Shown: one piece after another, positions 47,218 to 57,200 of the stretch
Position numbering within the stretch: position 1 is the stretch's first letter
How the letters are laid out: each line of letters begins with the position of its first letter
Virus record (IMG/VR): IMGVR_UViG_2933073624_000001
Span: 36,643-100,642 of that record
DNA from: a virus
Lineage: Duplodnaviria > Caudoviricetes
DNA length: 64,000 nucleotides
Strand: one strand, 5' to 3'
Made by a program: the position numbers and the translations under genes
Notes under the pieces: generated by a model
What the model saw: only the letters and a program-made list of their open reading frames with translations
Databases searched by the model: none
Told to the model about the DNA's origin: nothing

Positions 47218-47311
47218 CCCTATGACCCCCTGGAGGTGCGCATGCCCGCCCTGCCCGAGGTGCGCCCGCGTACGGCGCCCGCCCTGTTCGCCGTACGGGA
47301 GGTGAGCTGAC

Positions 47312-48160
47312 GTGGCCGTGATGCGCACCGTCGTCGACGCCATCCCCGGCACCCCGCTGCCGCACGGCATCCTGGGCGCCACGTGCACCACCGTGCAGGA
47401 CATCACCGACGACCGGATCCACGAGCTGAACGGCGTCGAGTGGATGGCGTTGGGCTGCTGCCCGGTTCGAGACTGGCCCGACCAGTGCGATGACGAATCA
47501 CCGGGCGCGGAGTCCCTGGGAGCCCCGCGGCGCAAGGAGTTCTGCCGCCCCCAGGTCGAGCACGCCACCCCGATCACCGTGTACGCCGGCGCGGAGTGCT
47601 CGGCCCCCGGCTGGTCCTACCCGGAAGCCCGCCAGCACGCGGAGGCCGCTCTCGCCCTGGGGGAGCAGAAGGCGCTGGAAGAGGCCTTCTGGAGGACCAA
47701 GCTGGCGATGACGGCGGTCGACAAGACCCCGGCGTCCGGGCCGGTCGGCATCGCTCAGGGCGTCGCCGCCCTGGAAGGGTGCCTGGCGGGGGAGTACGGC
47801 GGCGTCGGTACCCTCCATATCCCCGTCGGTGTCGCCGCGCTCCTGGGCTGCTGCAACGTCCTGCGGGAAGACCCCGCGACGGGAAGCCTGCGCACGCTCG
47901 CGGGCAACTGCGCGATCCTCGGCGCCGGATACAGCGCGCTGAATACCGGCCCCGGCAACCTGCCCGCCGAGCCGGGCACGGCCTGGCTCTACATCACCGG
48001 CCCGCTCGCGATCCGCCGCGGCCCGGCCGACACCATCCCGACCCGGTCCGCGTCTTCCCTCAGCTACCGGACCAACGACCGGAAGGTGCTGGTCGAGCGG
48101 ACCTTCGTGGTCGGCACGACCTGCACCGTGTGCGCGATCAACGTAGAGGTGACCCCGTGA
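47312..48160 (+). CDS. virion structural protein (capsid-associated)
   Basis: GGAGG RBS; position after capsid gene. Confidence 0.65.
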   Translation: MAVMRTVVDAIPGTPLPHGILGATCTTVQDITDDRIHELNGVEWMALGCCPVRDWPDQCDDESPGAESLGAPRRKEFCRPQVEHATPITVYAGAECSAPGWSYPEARQHAEAALALGEQKALEEAFWRTKLAMTAVDKTPASGPVGIAQGVAALEGCLAGEYGGVGTLHIPVGVAALLGCCNVLREDPATGSLRTLAGNCAILGAGYSALNTGPGNLPAEPGTAWLYITGPLAIRRGPADTIPTRSASSLSYRTNDRKVLVERTFVVGTTCTVCAINVEVTP

Positions 48161-48726
48161 CCAGCGACAAGATCCATGTGCAGCCCGCCGTACAGCACCG
48201 CCAGGCGTTCGCGCGCTGGGCGGTCTCCCAGAACCCGAAGCTCCGCACCGTCGGGCCGTCCACGTTCGCCGTGCCCGAGGACCTGTTCACCGGCATGCCC
48301 GAGGACATCCTGATCGGCGCCCTGGTCGACGGGCAGCGCTACGTCTCCCCGGAGGAGGACGCCGCCGAAGGGCGGCCCGCCCCCGGCAGCACCGCCTTGG
48401 TGGGCGAGGCCGGACCCGAGACGGTCGTGCCGCTCCCGGCTCCGGGAGGGGAGCTGTTGGGAGTGGCCACCGTCGAAGGGTTCACCGAAGGCGAGCGCAA
48501 GGCGACGCCCGACGAGCCCCTGCCCGAGCTCCAGGAGCAGACGGACGCCCCGGACACCACCGGCCCGGAGACGGCCGGTGAAGACGCCGGCGACGAGGAC
48601 AGCGACTCAAGCGACTCGGCCTCGGACATCACTGACGGGCCGTTCGTCTGCTCCTCGTGCGAGAAGGAGTTCAGCACCGAGCGGGGCCGGGAGGCCCACC
48701 AGCGCATCAAGCACCCCGACGCCTGA
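48157..48726 (+). CDS. hypothetical protein with C-terminal C2H2 finger
   Basis: GTGA coupling; FVCSSCEKEF...AHQRIKH. Confidence 0.65.
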   Translation: MTSDKIHVQPAVQHRQAFARWAVSQNPKLRTVGPSTFAVPEDLFTGMPEDILIGALVDGQRYVSPEEDAAEGRPAPGSTALVGEAGPETVVPLPAPGGELLGVATVEGFTEGERKATPDEPLPELQEQTDAPDTTGPETAGEDAGDEDSDSSDSASDITDGPFVCSSCEKEFSTERGREAHQRIKHPDA

Positions 48727-48861
48727 ACACCCCCCGGCCCGAGCCGGGAGGGCTCCAGGCGCGACCTCGCCGCCGTGCCGTCGGCAGGGAGGGGAGCAGA
48801 CCGACGGGGGCTTCGCTTTCCCCGTCCACCGCAGACGTGAAGACCTAGACTTTCCATGGCG

Positions 48862-48880
48862 CCGCTGGTTTTGGGCCGGG
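48862..48880 (+). promoter_or_regulatory. late-gene leader motif copy 2
   Basis: TAGACT then CCGCTGGTTTTGGGCCGGG. Confidence 0.6.
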
Positions 48881-48905
48881 CCGACCAGCACTCGTTGGAG
48901 GCCCG

Positions 48906-49610
48906 ATGCCCTGCCCGCTGATCGCGAACGCCGACACGATCCGAGTCACCCGCGTCGACGGCTGCGGCCGCCCCGTCTGCGGGGCTGATGGCGCGTTCGT
49001 GTTCGACTGCTTCGCCTCGCTCGAAATGGAGCCCAACGTCGAGGAAGGCGAGGACATCGAGTACAAGGCCGCCAACGGCCGCGTCTGCGGCTTCAAGCGC
49101 GGCTGCCCCTCCTTCAAGGGGTTCGACCTCACGCTCACGTTCCACATGATCAGCCCCGAGTTCATCGAGCTGGTCACCGGCGCCCCGCCGGTGTACGGCT
49201 ACGACGGCAAGGTGATCGGCTGGGACGACTGCTCGATCAAGTGCACCTCGGGCTTCGCCATCGAGCTGTGGGCCGAGACCCTCGGCGAAGACGTTTGCGA
49301 AACCGACGGCGCCGGCGACGGGCAGTGGATCTACGCGCTGCTGCCCTGGGTCACCGGCGGCATGATGGGCAACCTGAACTTCGGTTCGGAGGCGACGAGC
49401 CCGACGCTCACGGGCGCGACCCGCGCCGGGGGCGCCTGGGGCGTCGGACCGTGGGACGTGATGCCGACGAACGCGGCCGGCACGCCGGGGCCGCTCCTGA
49501 CCCCGCTCGGGAGCAACTGCCACCGCCGGATCATCACCACGAGCGTGGCGCCGCCGGCCCCGATCTGCGACTACGTGCCGGTCAACAGCGCCCTGTGCCT
49601 GGCCTCCTGA
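48906..49610 (+). CDS. major tail protein
   Basis: IRVTRVDGCGRP, KAANG.VC, FAIELW; position. Confidence 0.75.
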   Translation: MPCPLIANADTIRVTRVDGCGRPVCGADGAFVFDCFASLEMEPNVEEGEDIEYKAANGRVCGFKRGCPSFKGFDLTLTFHMISPEFIELVTGAPPVYGYDGKVIGWDDCSIKCTSGFAIELWAETLGEDVCETDGAGDGQWIYALLPWVTGGMMGNLNFGSEATSPTLTGATRAGGAWGVGPWDVMPTNAAGTPGPLLTPLGSNCHRRIITTSVAPPAPICDYVPVNSALCLAS

Positions 49611-50317
49611 TGGAGCTGCCCGACCTGGTGGTACCGGTGCGGGAGGTCCCCGTCAACGAGCAACTGCGGTATGCGGTCCGCTCGTGGGCGCAGAACCTCC
49701 CGCACCGGCGGCTGTGGGTGGTGGGGTACCGGCCGTGGTGGCTGGACGGCGCCGAGCACATCCCCACCCGGCAGGCCGGCACGAAGTACGCCAACACCAC
49801 GGCGGCAGTCCGCGCGGCGTGCGAACACCCCGAGGTGTCCGAGAACTTCCTGCTCCTGAACGACGACTTCTTCGTCATGGACTCGCACCCGGACGGGATG
49901 CCGGTCCTGCACCGCGGCCCGGTCCGCCAGGTCGAGGCGTACTACGCGAACCGGGCCTCGGGCGACTACCTGCGCGGGATGCGGCAGACGCGGGCGCTGC
50001 TCGCCGACCTCGGCCACGACGACCCGCTGTCGTACGAGCTGCACGTGCCGCTGCCCGTCGACAAGGCGGGCATGCTCGACGTCCTGAACCTCGGCGAAGA
50101 CGTGCCCGTGCTGCACAAGCGGACGGCGTACGGGACGCTCGCCGACCTGGGCGGCGAGCAGATCGAGGACGTGAAGATCATGCACCGCGACGGGCGGTTC
50201 CCGAAGGCCTCGCCGTATCTGTCGACGATGCCCGACTCCTTCACGCACGGCCAGGTCGGCGCGCACATCCGCCAGGCGTTCCCGGAGCCCTGCGCGTACG
50301 AGACGGGGAGCCCCTGA
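49610..50317 (+). CDS. Stealth-like (CR2) sugar-phosphotransferase/glycosyltransferase
   Basis: EQLRYAVRSW..N, VVG..PWWL, SENFLLLNDDFF. Confidence 0.65.
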   Translation: MELPDLVVPVREVPVNEQLRYAVRSWAQNLPHRRLWVVGYRPWWLDGAEHIPTRQAGTKYANTTAAVRAACEHPEVSENFLLLNDDFFVMDSHPDGMPVLHRGPVRQVEAYYANRASGDYLRGMRQTRALLADLGHDDPLSYELHVPLPVDKAGMLDVLNLGEDVPVLHKRTAYGTLADLGGEQIEDVKIMHRDGRFPKASPYLSTMPDSFTHGQVGAHIRQAFPEPCAYETGSP

Positions 50318-51144
50318 TGCCGTTGCAGACCGGACCCTGCTCGCCGTGGCCGACCGACCTGTGCTGCGAGATCCCCGAGGGCGTCACCGAGGAACAGGTC
50401 GAGCACTGGACGGCGGTCGCCTCCCAAATCCTGTGGGCGCTGTCCGGGCGCCGCTTCGGCCCATGCCCCGTGACCATACGGCCGTGCCGCCGCTCCTGCG
50501 CGGACACTCAGTCCGTCAGCTTCCAGGCCGGTACCGGCGTGGGCCCGTGGATCCCGTACATCGGTCCGGACGGGCAGTGGCGCAACGCCTCGGCGTGCGG
50601 CTGCACGTCCGACTGCTCGTGCACGGAGCTGTGCGAGGTGTACCTCCCAGGCCCGGTGTACGACGTCGTCAGCGTCACCGTGGACGGCCAGGAGCTGCCG
50701 AAGCCCGACCCGGGCAACGGCGTCCTCGGCGCCTACCGGGTCGACGCCCCGGGACGCCTCGTCCGTACGGACGGGGAGTGCTGGCCAGCCTGCCAGGACA
50801 TGGCCGCTCCGCCCGGCGCCCCGGGAACGTTCGCGGTCACCTACCGGTGGGGGTTGCCGCTCGACGACGCGGCCATCGCCGCGGTGTCGGAGCTGACGTG
50901 CCACCTCTTCAAGGGCTGCTCCCCGGGAGCATGCGGCTGCCGGACGAACCGGAACCTGACCCGCATCTCGCGGCAGGGCGTCGACATGGAGATGCCGGAC
51001 CCGACGCTGATCTACTCCGAGGGCCGGACCGGCCTGCCGCTGTGCGACCTGTGGCTCGCAGCGGTCAACCCCTACCGGCTGACCGGCCCGTCCCGGGTCT
51101 ACTCGCCGGACTTCAAGCGCCCAAGGACGACGACATGGCCCTGA
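50317..51144 (+). CDS. head-to-tail adaptor, Cys-rich
   Basis: ILWALSGRRFG, ISRQGV, TGLP.CD.WL..VNP. Confidence 0.7.
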   Translation: MPLQTGPCSPWPTDLCCEIPEGVTEEQVEHWTAVASQILWALSGRRFGPCPVTIRPCRRSCADTQSVSFQAGTGVGPWIPYIGPDGQWRNASACGCTSDCSCTELCEVYLPGPVYDVVSVTVDGQELPKPDPGNGVLGAYRVDAPGRLVRTDGECWPACQDMAAPPGAPGTFAVTYRWGLPLDDAAIAAVSELTCHLFKGCSPGACGCRTNRNLTRISRQGVDMEMPDPTLIYSEGRTGLPLCDLWLAAVNPYRLTGPSRVYSPDFKRPRTTTWP

Positions 51145-51728
51145 GCACCACTGCGATCGCAGAACTGACGGAGAGCGTCCTCGGCTGCGTGTGCGCCGCC
51201 CTGGCGAAGACCGCAGTCGAGGTACCGGGGCAGCCCGGGTGCCCGGACCGGGCCTGCATCGTCCCGGGCACGGTCGCCTGGGACTCGTGCGACGACCCGT
51301 GCGGCGAGGAGACCGGCGGGCAGCTGTCGGTGTCCGTCGCCCGGATCTACGGCTCCACGAACGACGGCTTCCCCGTCGAGGCCCGCACCGTCCAGGGCGT
51401 ACGCGGCTGCACCCCGCCGCCGGTCACGGCCGTCGAACTGCTCGTCACGCTGCTGCGGTGCGCGCCGACCTTCACCGAGCAGGGCTGCCCGCCGGCGTGC
51501 GACGAACTCACCACGGCGGCCCGGATCCTGCACACCGACATGGTGACCGTCTCCAACGCGCTGCTGTGCTGCCTGCCCGCGACCGCACCCCAGCTCAGGC
51601 GAGGCCGCCGGTTCGTCATGGGCGTGCAGAAGACGATCGGGCCCGAGGGCGGCTGCGTCGGCCTGGAGCAGCGCGTCACCGTGGCTCTGCCGGGCTGCGC
51701 CTGCCCGAGCGAGGAGATGTCCCCGTGA
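51135..51728 (+). CDS. tail completion/terminator-like protein
   Basis: position, GPEGGCVG. Confidence 0.55.
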   Translation: MALSTTAIAELTESVLGCVCAALAKTAVEVPGQPGCPDRACIVPGTVAWDSCDDPCGEETGGQLSVSVARIYGSTNDGFPVEARTVQGVRGCTPPPVTAVELLVTLLRCAPTFTEQGCPPACDELTTAARILHTDMVTVSNALLCCLPATAPQLRRGRRFVMGVQKTIGPEGGCVGLEQRVTVALPGCACPSEEMSP

Positions 51729-52102
51729 GCGTCGAGGTACGGATCGACCTGGGCGTCATCGCCCGAACCCTGCGGCTGCGGAACGGGACCGTCGCCCGTC
51801 GGCTCGCCCAGCGCACGGAGCGGACGGCGGACATCGCCCAGCGCGAGGCGCCCGGCCGCATGGGCCGCTACATCACCTGGAAGGTCGAGGAAGGCCCCCG
51901 CGGCCTCCAGGGCGTCATCGTCTGCGACCACCCCGCGACCCGCTACGTCCTCGACGGGACGCGGCCGCACATCATCCGCCCGCGCCGGAAGAAGGCCTTG
52001 CGGTTCGAGGTCCGGGGCCGCGAGGTCTTCGCCGCGTACGTCCGGCACCCCGGGACGAAGCCGAACGACTTCCTCGGTCGGGCTCTCCGCCAAGGCCGTT
52101 GA
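51725..52102 (+). CDS. HK97 gp10-like neck protein
   Basis: YV.DGTRPH.IRP, V.HPGT.PN.FL.RAL. Confidence 0.7.
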   Translation: MSVEVRIDLGVIARTLRLRNGTVARRLAQRTERTADIAQREAPGRMGRYITWKVEEGPRGLQGVIVCDHPATRYVLDGTRPHIIRPRRKKALRFEVRGREVFAAYVRHPGTKPNDFLGRALRQGR

Positions 52103-52657
52103 CGGGGCCCGTACTTGTCGTACGGACCCCGTCGGGGAGGATCAGCTACAGGGCGATCATCCAGTCCCAGGCCCACTTCCCGGCCTGGTAGGCCATCCCG
52201 CCGGCCACGCAGACCGCCAGGTAGAGCGCCACCTGCACGGCGGTCTTCCTCTTGCCCTCCGCCGCAGCGGGCGACATCATCAAGGGGTTCCTCATCGTTC
52301 TCCTCATCGAGTGGATGACGAGCAGCACAAAGAGCTCCCGGCAGCGGGCTACCAACCAACATGCCGATACGGGGCTCTTTTTGCATGCCGCCGGACAGCG
52401 GAGGAGGGTACATCGACTACCGCGAGGCTGCAGGCAGTCGGTGCCCCGTCGCTCGTTGGGAGTCCCGGGCCGCCGTCTTGACCTACTGTTCCCGATCACT
52501 CAGACCGTGCGCCACCCCTTCCGGGGCGGCTGAACGACATAGGAACCTGACAGACAGAATCGAATCCTGCCGGATGAAATCGAATCCCGCCGGATGGAAT
52601 CGGACGGTGACCTACGATGCCTTCGTACGCGGACGAACGTGCAACGAGGGGGCGGCT

Positions 52658-53239
52658 ATGGCGCCGGGGCAGTTCAAGAGGCCGAGTCCGAGTCTTGACC
52701 GTGGACCACACAGAGACCTGAATGAGCGGCTACACCAGCTGCACGATGAAGCGGGCTCACCAAGACTCTCGCAAATCGCCAATGCCTGGCAAAAGGGACA
52801 ACAGGCCGGCAAGTACAAAGCCGCCCGAGGGACTTCCACCATCCACGGGATGTTCAGCGGGCAGAAGTTGCCCCATGCCGTGGCTCTGCTGGAACTCGTC
52901 GAGGTCCTCATGACCGAGTTCTCTCCCAAGCAGACGGACGAGGATGTGGAGATCGTGAAGTCGGTGATGCTGAACTTGAACAGGCAGGCCCGGCGTCCGA
53001 AGGACAGCGCAGACGAGGTCATCGACGATCTGCGAGTGACGGGTAACGCGTACTTGAAGCTCGCGGATGAGCTTGAAGAAGCTCGGCTTGCTCAGGAGGA
53101 AGGGAAGTATACGGACCGATGCCAGGCAGCCTTCAAGCGCGCCCTCCGGCTTGCGAAGTTTCTTGACCAGCCGAGCGATACCAGCCGAAATCTTTCGCTG
53201 ATCGTCACGGAGCGAGAGCTGGACTACGTCTTCGGCTAA
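52658..53239 (+). CDS. XRE-like HTH protein, lower-GC moron
   Basis: LHQLHDEAGSP.LSQIA...STIHGMFSG.KLP. Confidence 0.6.
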   Translation: MAPGQFKRPSPSLDRGPHRDLNERLHQLHDEAGSPRLSQIANAWQKGQQAGKYKAARGTSTIHGMFSGQKLPHAVALLELVEVLMTEFSPKQTDEDVEIVKSVMLNLNRQARRPKDSADEVIDDLRVTGNAYLKLADELEEARLAQEEGKYTDRCQAAFKRALRLAKFLDQPSDTSRNLSLIVTERELDYVFG

Positions 53240-53324
53240 ACGAGAAGCGCGCGGGAGGCCTGCCAGTGTCAACGTGGTAGTTCAAGGGTCTCCGAGCGGT
53301 GCTCTACCCTTCCCTCCGTACGCT

Positions 53325-53341
53325 GCTGGTTGTGGGCCGGG
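53325..53341 (+). promoter_or_regulatory. late-gene leader motif copy 3
   Basis: TACCCT then GCTGGTTGTGGGCCGGG. Confidence 0.6.
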
Positions 53342-53364
53342 CGACGCGGGCACTGGAGCCACCC

Positions 53365-53883
53365 GTGAAGAAGTCCTTCAAGCTGAACACCGAGCCCCAC
53401 GAGGCCGAGATCGGTGACGTCACCCTCCTGTTCACGCCCGAGGTCATGGGCGACGACTTCCTGGAGCACTACCAGGAGCTTCGGGGGATGCAGAGCATGG
53501 TCGGCGTCGACCTGACCGACATGTCGCAGCTCGACCCGGACAAGCTGCGGGCGGTCGTCGCCTCGATCCGCGTGTTCCTGGCCCGGCTGATGCTGCCGGA
53601 GTCCGCCGAGGTCTTCGCGTGCTGGGACGTCGTCAGGGACGGCGAGACGATCGGGTCGTTCCGCGACCCGCAGGAAGCGGCCGACGCCGCGTCCGGCGAG
53701 GACGGCGCCACGGTGGAGAACCGCTCGATGAAGCTGCCCGACCGGGTGCTGATCGAGCTGATGGAGTGGGCCGTGGAACTGTATGGGGGTGGGAACCGCC
53801 CTACTGGGTCGTCCAGCGGCTCTGCGCAAGCATCGCCGACGGCTGGGAGGCCTGGGAGGGGTCCCTCGCGCTCCAGGGGGTGA
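53365..53883 (+). CDS. tail assembly chaperone
   Basis: GGAG RBS, GTG start; upstream of tape measure. Confidence 0.7.
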   Translation: MKKSFKLNTEPHEAEIGDVTLLFTPEVMGDDFLEHYQELRGMQSMVGVDLTDMSQLDPDKLRAVVASIRVFLARLMLPESAEVFACWDVVRDGETIGSFRDPQEAADAASGEDGATVENRSMKLPDRVLIELMEWAVELYGGGNRPTGSSSGSAQASPTAGRPGRGPSRSRG

Positions 53884-54119
53884 ACGTCCATGCCTGGCCG
53901 CTGAGGACGATGCTCAACGCGGCCGAGGTCGCGCTGGACCGGGCCGCCGAGGACGACGCGGAGCGCACCCGGAACGAGATGAAGCTGTGGGAGCCCCCGG
54001 CCGGCCACGCCTCTTCGGGCCGCCGCGTGCCGCCCCGGGGCGCGCGGATGGGGCAGGGCGAGGCCCAGGCGCTCGCTGCTCGTCTCGCGGCCGAAGACGC
54101 CCGCTTCGGAGCCGTGTGA
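53783..54119 (+). CDS. tail assembly chaperone -1 frame extension
   Basis: overlapping -1 frame ORF (PPYWVVQRLC...) ending before tape measure; start approximate. Confidence 0.55.
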
Positions 54120-54164
54120 TCTACCAGGAGTGACAGGGGGCCGCCCGGCTATGCTGGGCGGCAC

Positions 54165-54182
54165 CGCTGTTGGTTCTGGGCC
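54165..54182 (+). promoter_or_regulatory. late-gene leader motif copy 4
   Basis: TATGCT then CGCTGTTGGTTCTGGGCC. Confidence 0.55.
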
Positions 54183-54215
54183 AAGCGAATCTACGCATAT
54201 ACGCGAGGGTTCGCC

Positions 54216-57200
54216 TTGGCCGAGGACGAGGATTATGGCGTCGGCCGGATCCGGATCGTCCTCGACGAGGACGACGCGGTCGCCGACGCACGGGACATGG
54301 GCATCCGCATTCAGCGGGCCCTGGAACGCAGCACCCGCACCGCCGGCGACGCGATCCGCCGCAACGTTCAGCAGGGCCTGAGCCGGGCGTCTGTCAGCGT
54401 CACCGTCCTGCCGGACCTGCGCCGGTTCGACTCCGCCCTCCTGGCCGGGCTGCGCTCCTACGACAGCATCAACCTGCCGGTCGCCCCCGACCTGACGGGG
54501 TTCCTCGAGCGGCTGCGCGCGCACCTGGCGGGCGAGGAACTGTCGGTCCGGGTCGTCCCGGACTTCGACGGCTTCGACGAGCGGATCCGGGCGCACGACC
54601 CGCCCGACATCAACGTTGATGTCGACGCCAACACCAACCGGCTCTCCCAGGCTCTGTCCGGCCTGGGCAACATCGCCGGCCAGGTCACCGGGGCGCTCCG
54701 GGGGCTTCTCACCGTCGGCGCGGTCGGCATCGCCGCTTCCGGTGCGGCAACCGCGGTCGGCGGCCTGGTCGCCGCGCTCGCCCCGGCCGTCGGCATCATC
54801 GCCGCCGGCCCCGCGGTCATCCTCGGGTTCCAGGCAGCCCTCGGAGGCCTGCGCTTGGCCCTGATGGGGGTCAGCGAGGCGTTCAGCGCGGCGCTGACCG
54901 GCGATGCGAAGGAGTTCGAGAAGGCCCTCAAGGGCCTCTCACCTGCGGCGCGGGCCGCCGCGCTGGAAGTCCGCGCGCTCAAGCCGGCGTTCGAAGGACT
55001 CCGGAACAGCGTCCAGGACGCTTTCTTCTCCCGGCTCAAGGGAGAGATCACCGGCGTTGCGCAAGCTCTCGGCGGGCCGCTCAAGCAGGGGCTGACGAAC
55101 ATCGCCGACGGCTGGGGCCGGGCGGCGCTCGGCGTCACCGGATACCTCAGAGGCGCGAAGGGCGTCTCGAACATCAGGAGCATCCTCGGCGCGGCGGGCC
55201 AGGCTGTCGGCGGGCTGGCGCTCACCACGAACAAGCTCACGGGCGGCTTCCTCCAGCTGGCCGCCACCATCTCCGACAAGTTCGGCGCCGAACTGGGCTC
55301 GGGGATCGCCGGCCTGGGGGAGCGGTTCGGCGAGTTCCTTCAGCGGATCGCCAACGATGGGCGGGCCGTGGCGTGGGTCGACCAGGCCCTCAACACGTTT
55401 GCCCAGCTCGGCGACCTGCTCGGAAACATCGGCAGCATCATCTCCGGTGTCTTCGGCGCCGCGAACGCCTCGGGCGCCGGGTTCTTGGCGAACCTCCAGA
55501 ACATCACCCGGTCGTTCGCGGCGTTCGTCAACTCGGCCCGCGGCCAGACGGCGATCGCCAACATCTTCCGCACGGTCGGCACCATCGCCGCCCAACTCGG
55601 CCCGATTCTCGGCGCGTTGGTCACGCAGGTCGGTGCCATCGCGCCCGCACTTGCCCCGATTTTTACCGCTTTGGGGCCCGCTCTCGTTGGGCTGATCAAC
55701 TCCCTCGGTCCGGCGCTCGCCGCGATCGGCCCCGGGCTCCAGGTCGTCTCGAGCGGCCTCGCGCAGGCCTTCGGGATCCTCGCCGACTCGGGCGCGCTGG
55801 GCTCCCTCGGTACGGCGATCGGATCCGTCCTCACCGCGCTGTCGCCGCTGCTGCCGCTGGTTGGTCAACTCGCCGCCGCCGTAGGCTCGATCCTCGGTCC
55901 TGCGCTCCAGAACGCGGCGCTCGTCGTCCAGCCCTTGATCCAGGCGCTGGTCGGCGTCCTGCTGCCAGTCCTGCCGGTCCTGGCGGGCGCGTTCGTTCAG
56001 ATCCAGGCGGCCGTCGCCCCGGCGGCGGCCGCCCTCGGTCAGCTCCTCGGTTCCGCCGTCGCGGCCACGGCCCCACTGCTGATGGCCCTCGCGACGACGG
56101 TCGCGCAGGTCGCGTCGTCGTTCGCGCCGCTGATTACGCAACTGACTGGCGTGCTCATGCCAGTTCTGCCGCCGCTGGTCGACGCGTTCTCGCAGGTCAC
56201 GAACGCTCTGCTGCCGCTGTTCCCTGCGGTCGCGGACCTGGCGGCTGCGCTCGCGCCCCTGGCGAGCAAGGCGATCGAGCTGCTCGCCCCGGTCGTTCAG
56301 ATCGCCGCGGCATTCGCGACGTGGGTGGTCCTCAACGGTGTCGTCCCACTGGTCCAGGGCGTCGTCCAGGTCTTGGTCGACCTCGTCTCCGGGCTGACCT
56401 CGGCGGTCGAGTGGGTGGGGGCCCTGCCGGAGATGATCTCCTCGGGGTTGTCGTCGGCTTCGTCGGCGGTGTCCGACTTCGCGTCGTCGGTCGGCACGTA
56501 CTTCTCCGACCTTTGGGCCTCAGCAACAACCTCTGTTTCAGAGGGAGTTGACCAGATCGTCGGCTTCTTCTCCGACTTGGGTACGTCGGCGACGACTGCC
56601 GTATCGGACGGTTTCAGTCAACTCGGCTCATTTTTCACCGGTTTGGGCACGTCGGCGGCGGCGTCGGTGTCCAGCGGGTTCACCCAGGTCGTCGACTTCT
56701 TCGTGGCGCTGCCGGGCCAGATCGGCGCCGCCCTTGCCGCGCTCCCCGGCGTCCTGATCGATCTGTTCACCTCTGCCGTCTCCACCTCTGTCCTGACCCT
56801 GATCGCGGTCAGCGCCAACGTCATCACCTTCTTCCGGGAGTTGCCGAGCCGGATCGGTGACGCTCTGTCATCTTTGAGCTCGATGATCGCCAACGCCTTC
56901 ACGTCGGCGTTCACGGTGACGGTGACCGGGGCGCAGGCCTTCGGCACGAGCGTTGTCGAGTTCTTCACCAACCTGCCGTCGCGGATCAGCGCCGGCCTGT
57001 CGTCCCTCGGAGCGACGATCGCCGCCGCCTTCACCGCGGCGGCGTCGGCTGCGATCGCCCGCGCGCAGGCCTTCGGGACGGCGGCCGTCAGCTTCTTCAC
57101 CGGCCTGCCGGGCCGGATCAGCGCCGGCCTCTCGTCCCTCGGCTCGCAGATCGCCTCCCGCTTCACCGCGGCGGCGTCGGCTGCGATCGCCCGCGCGCAG

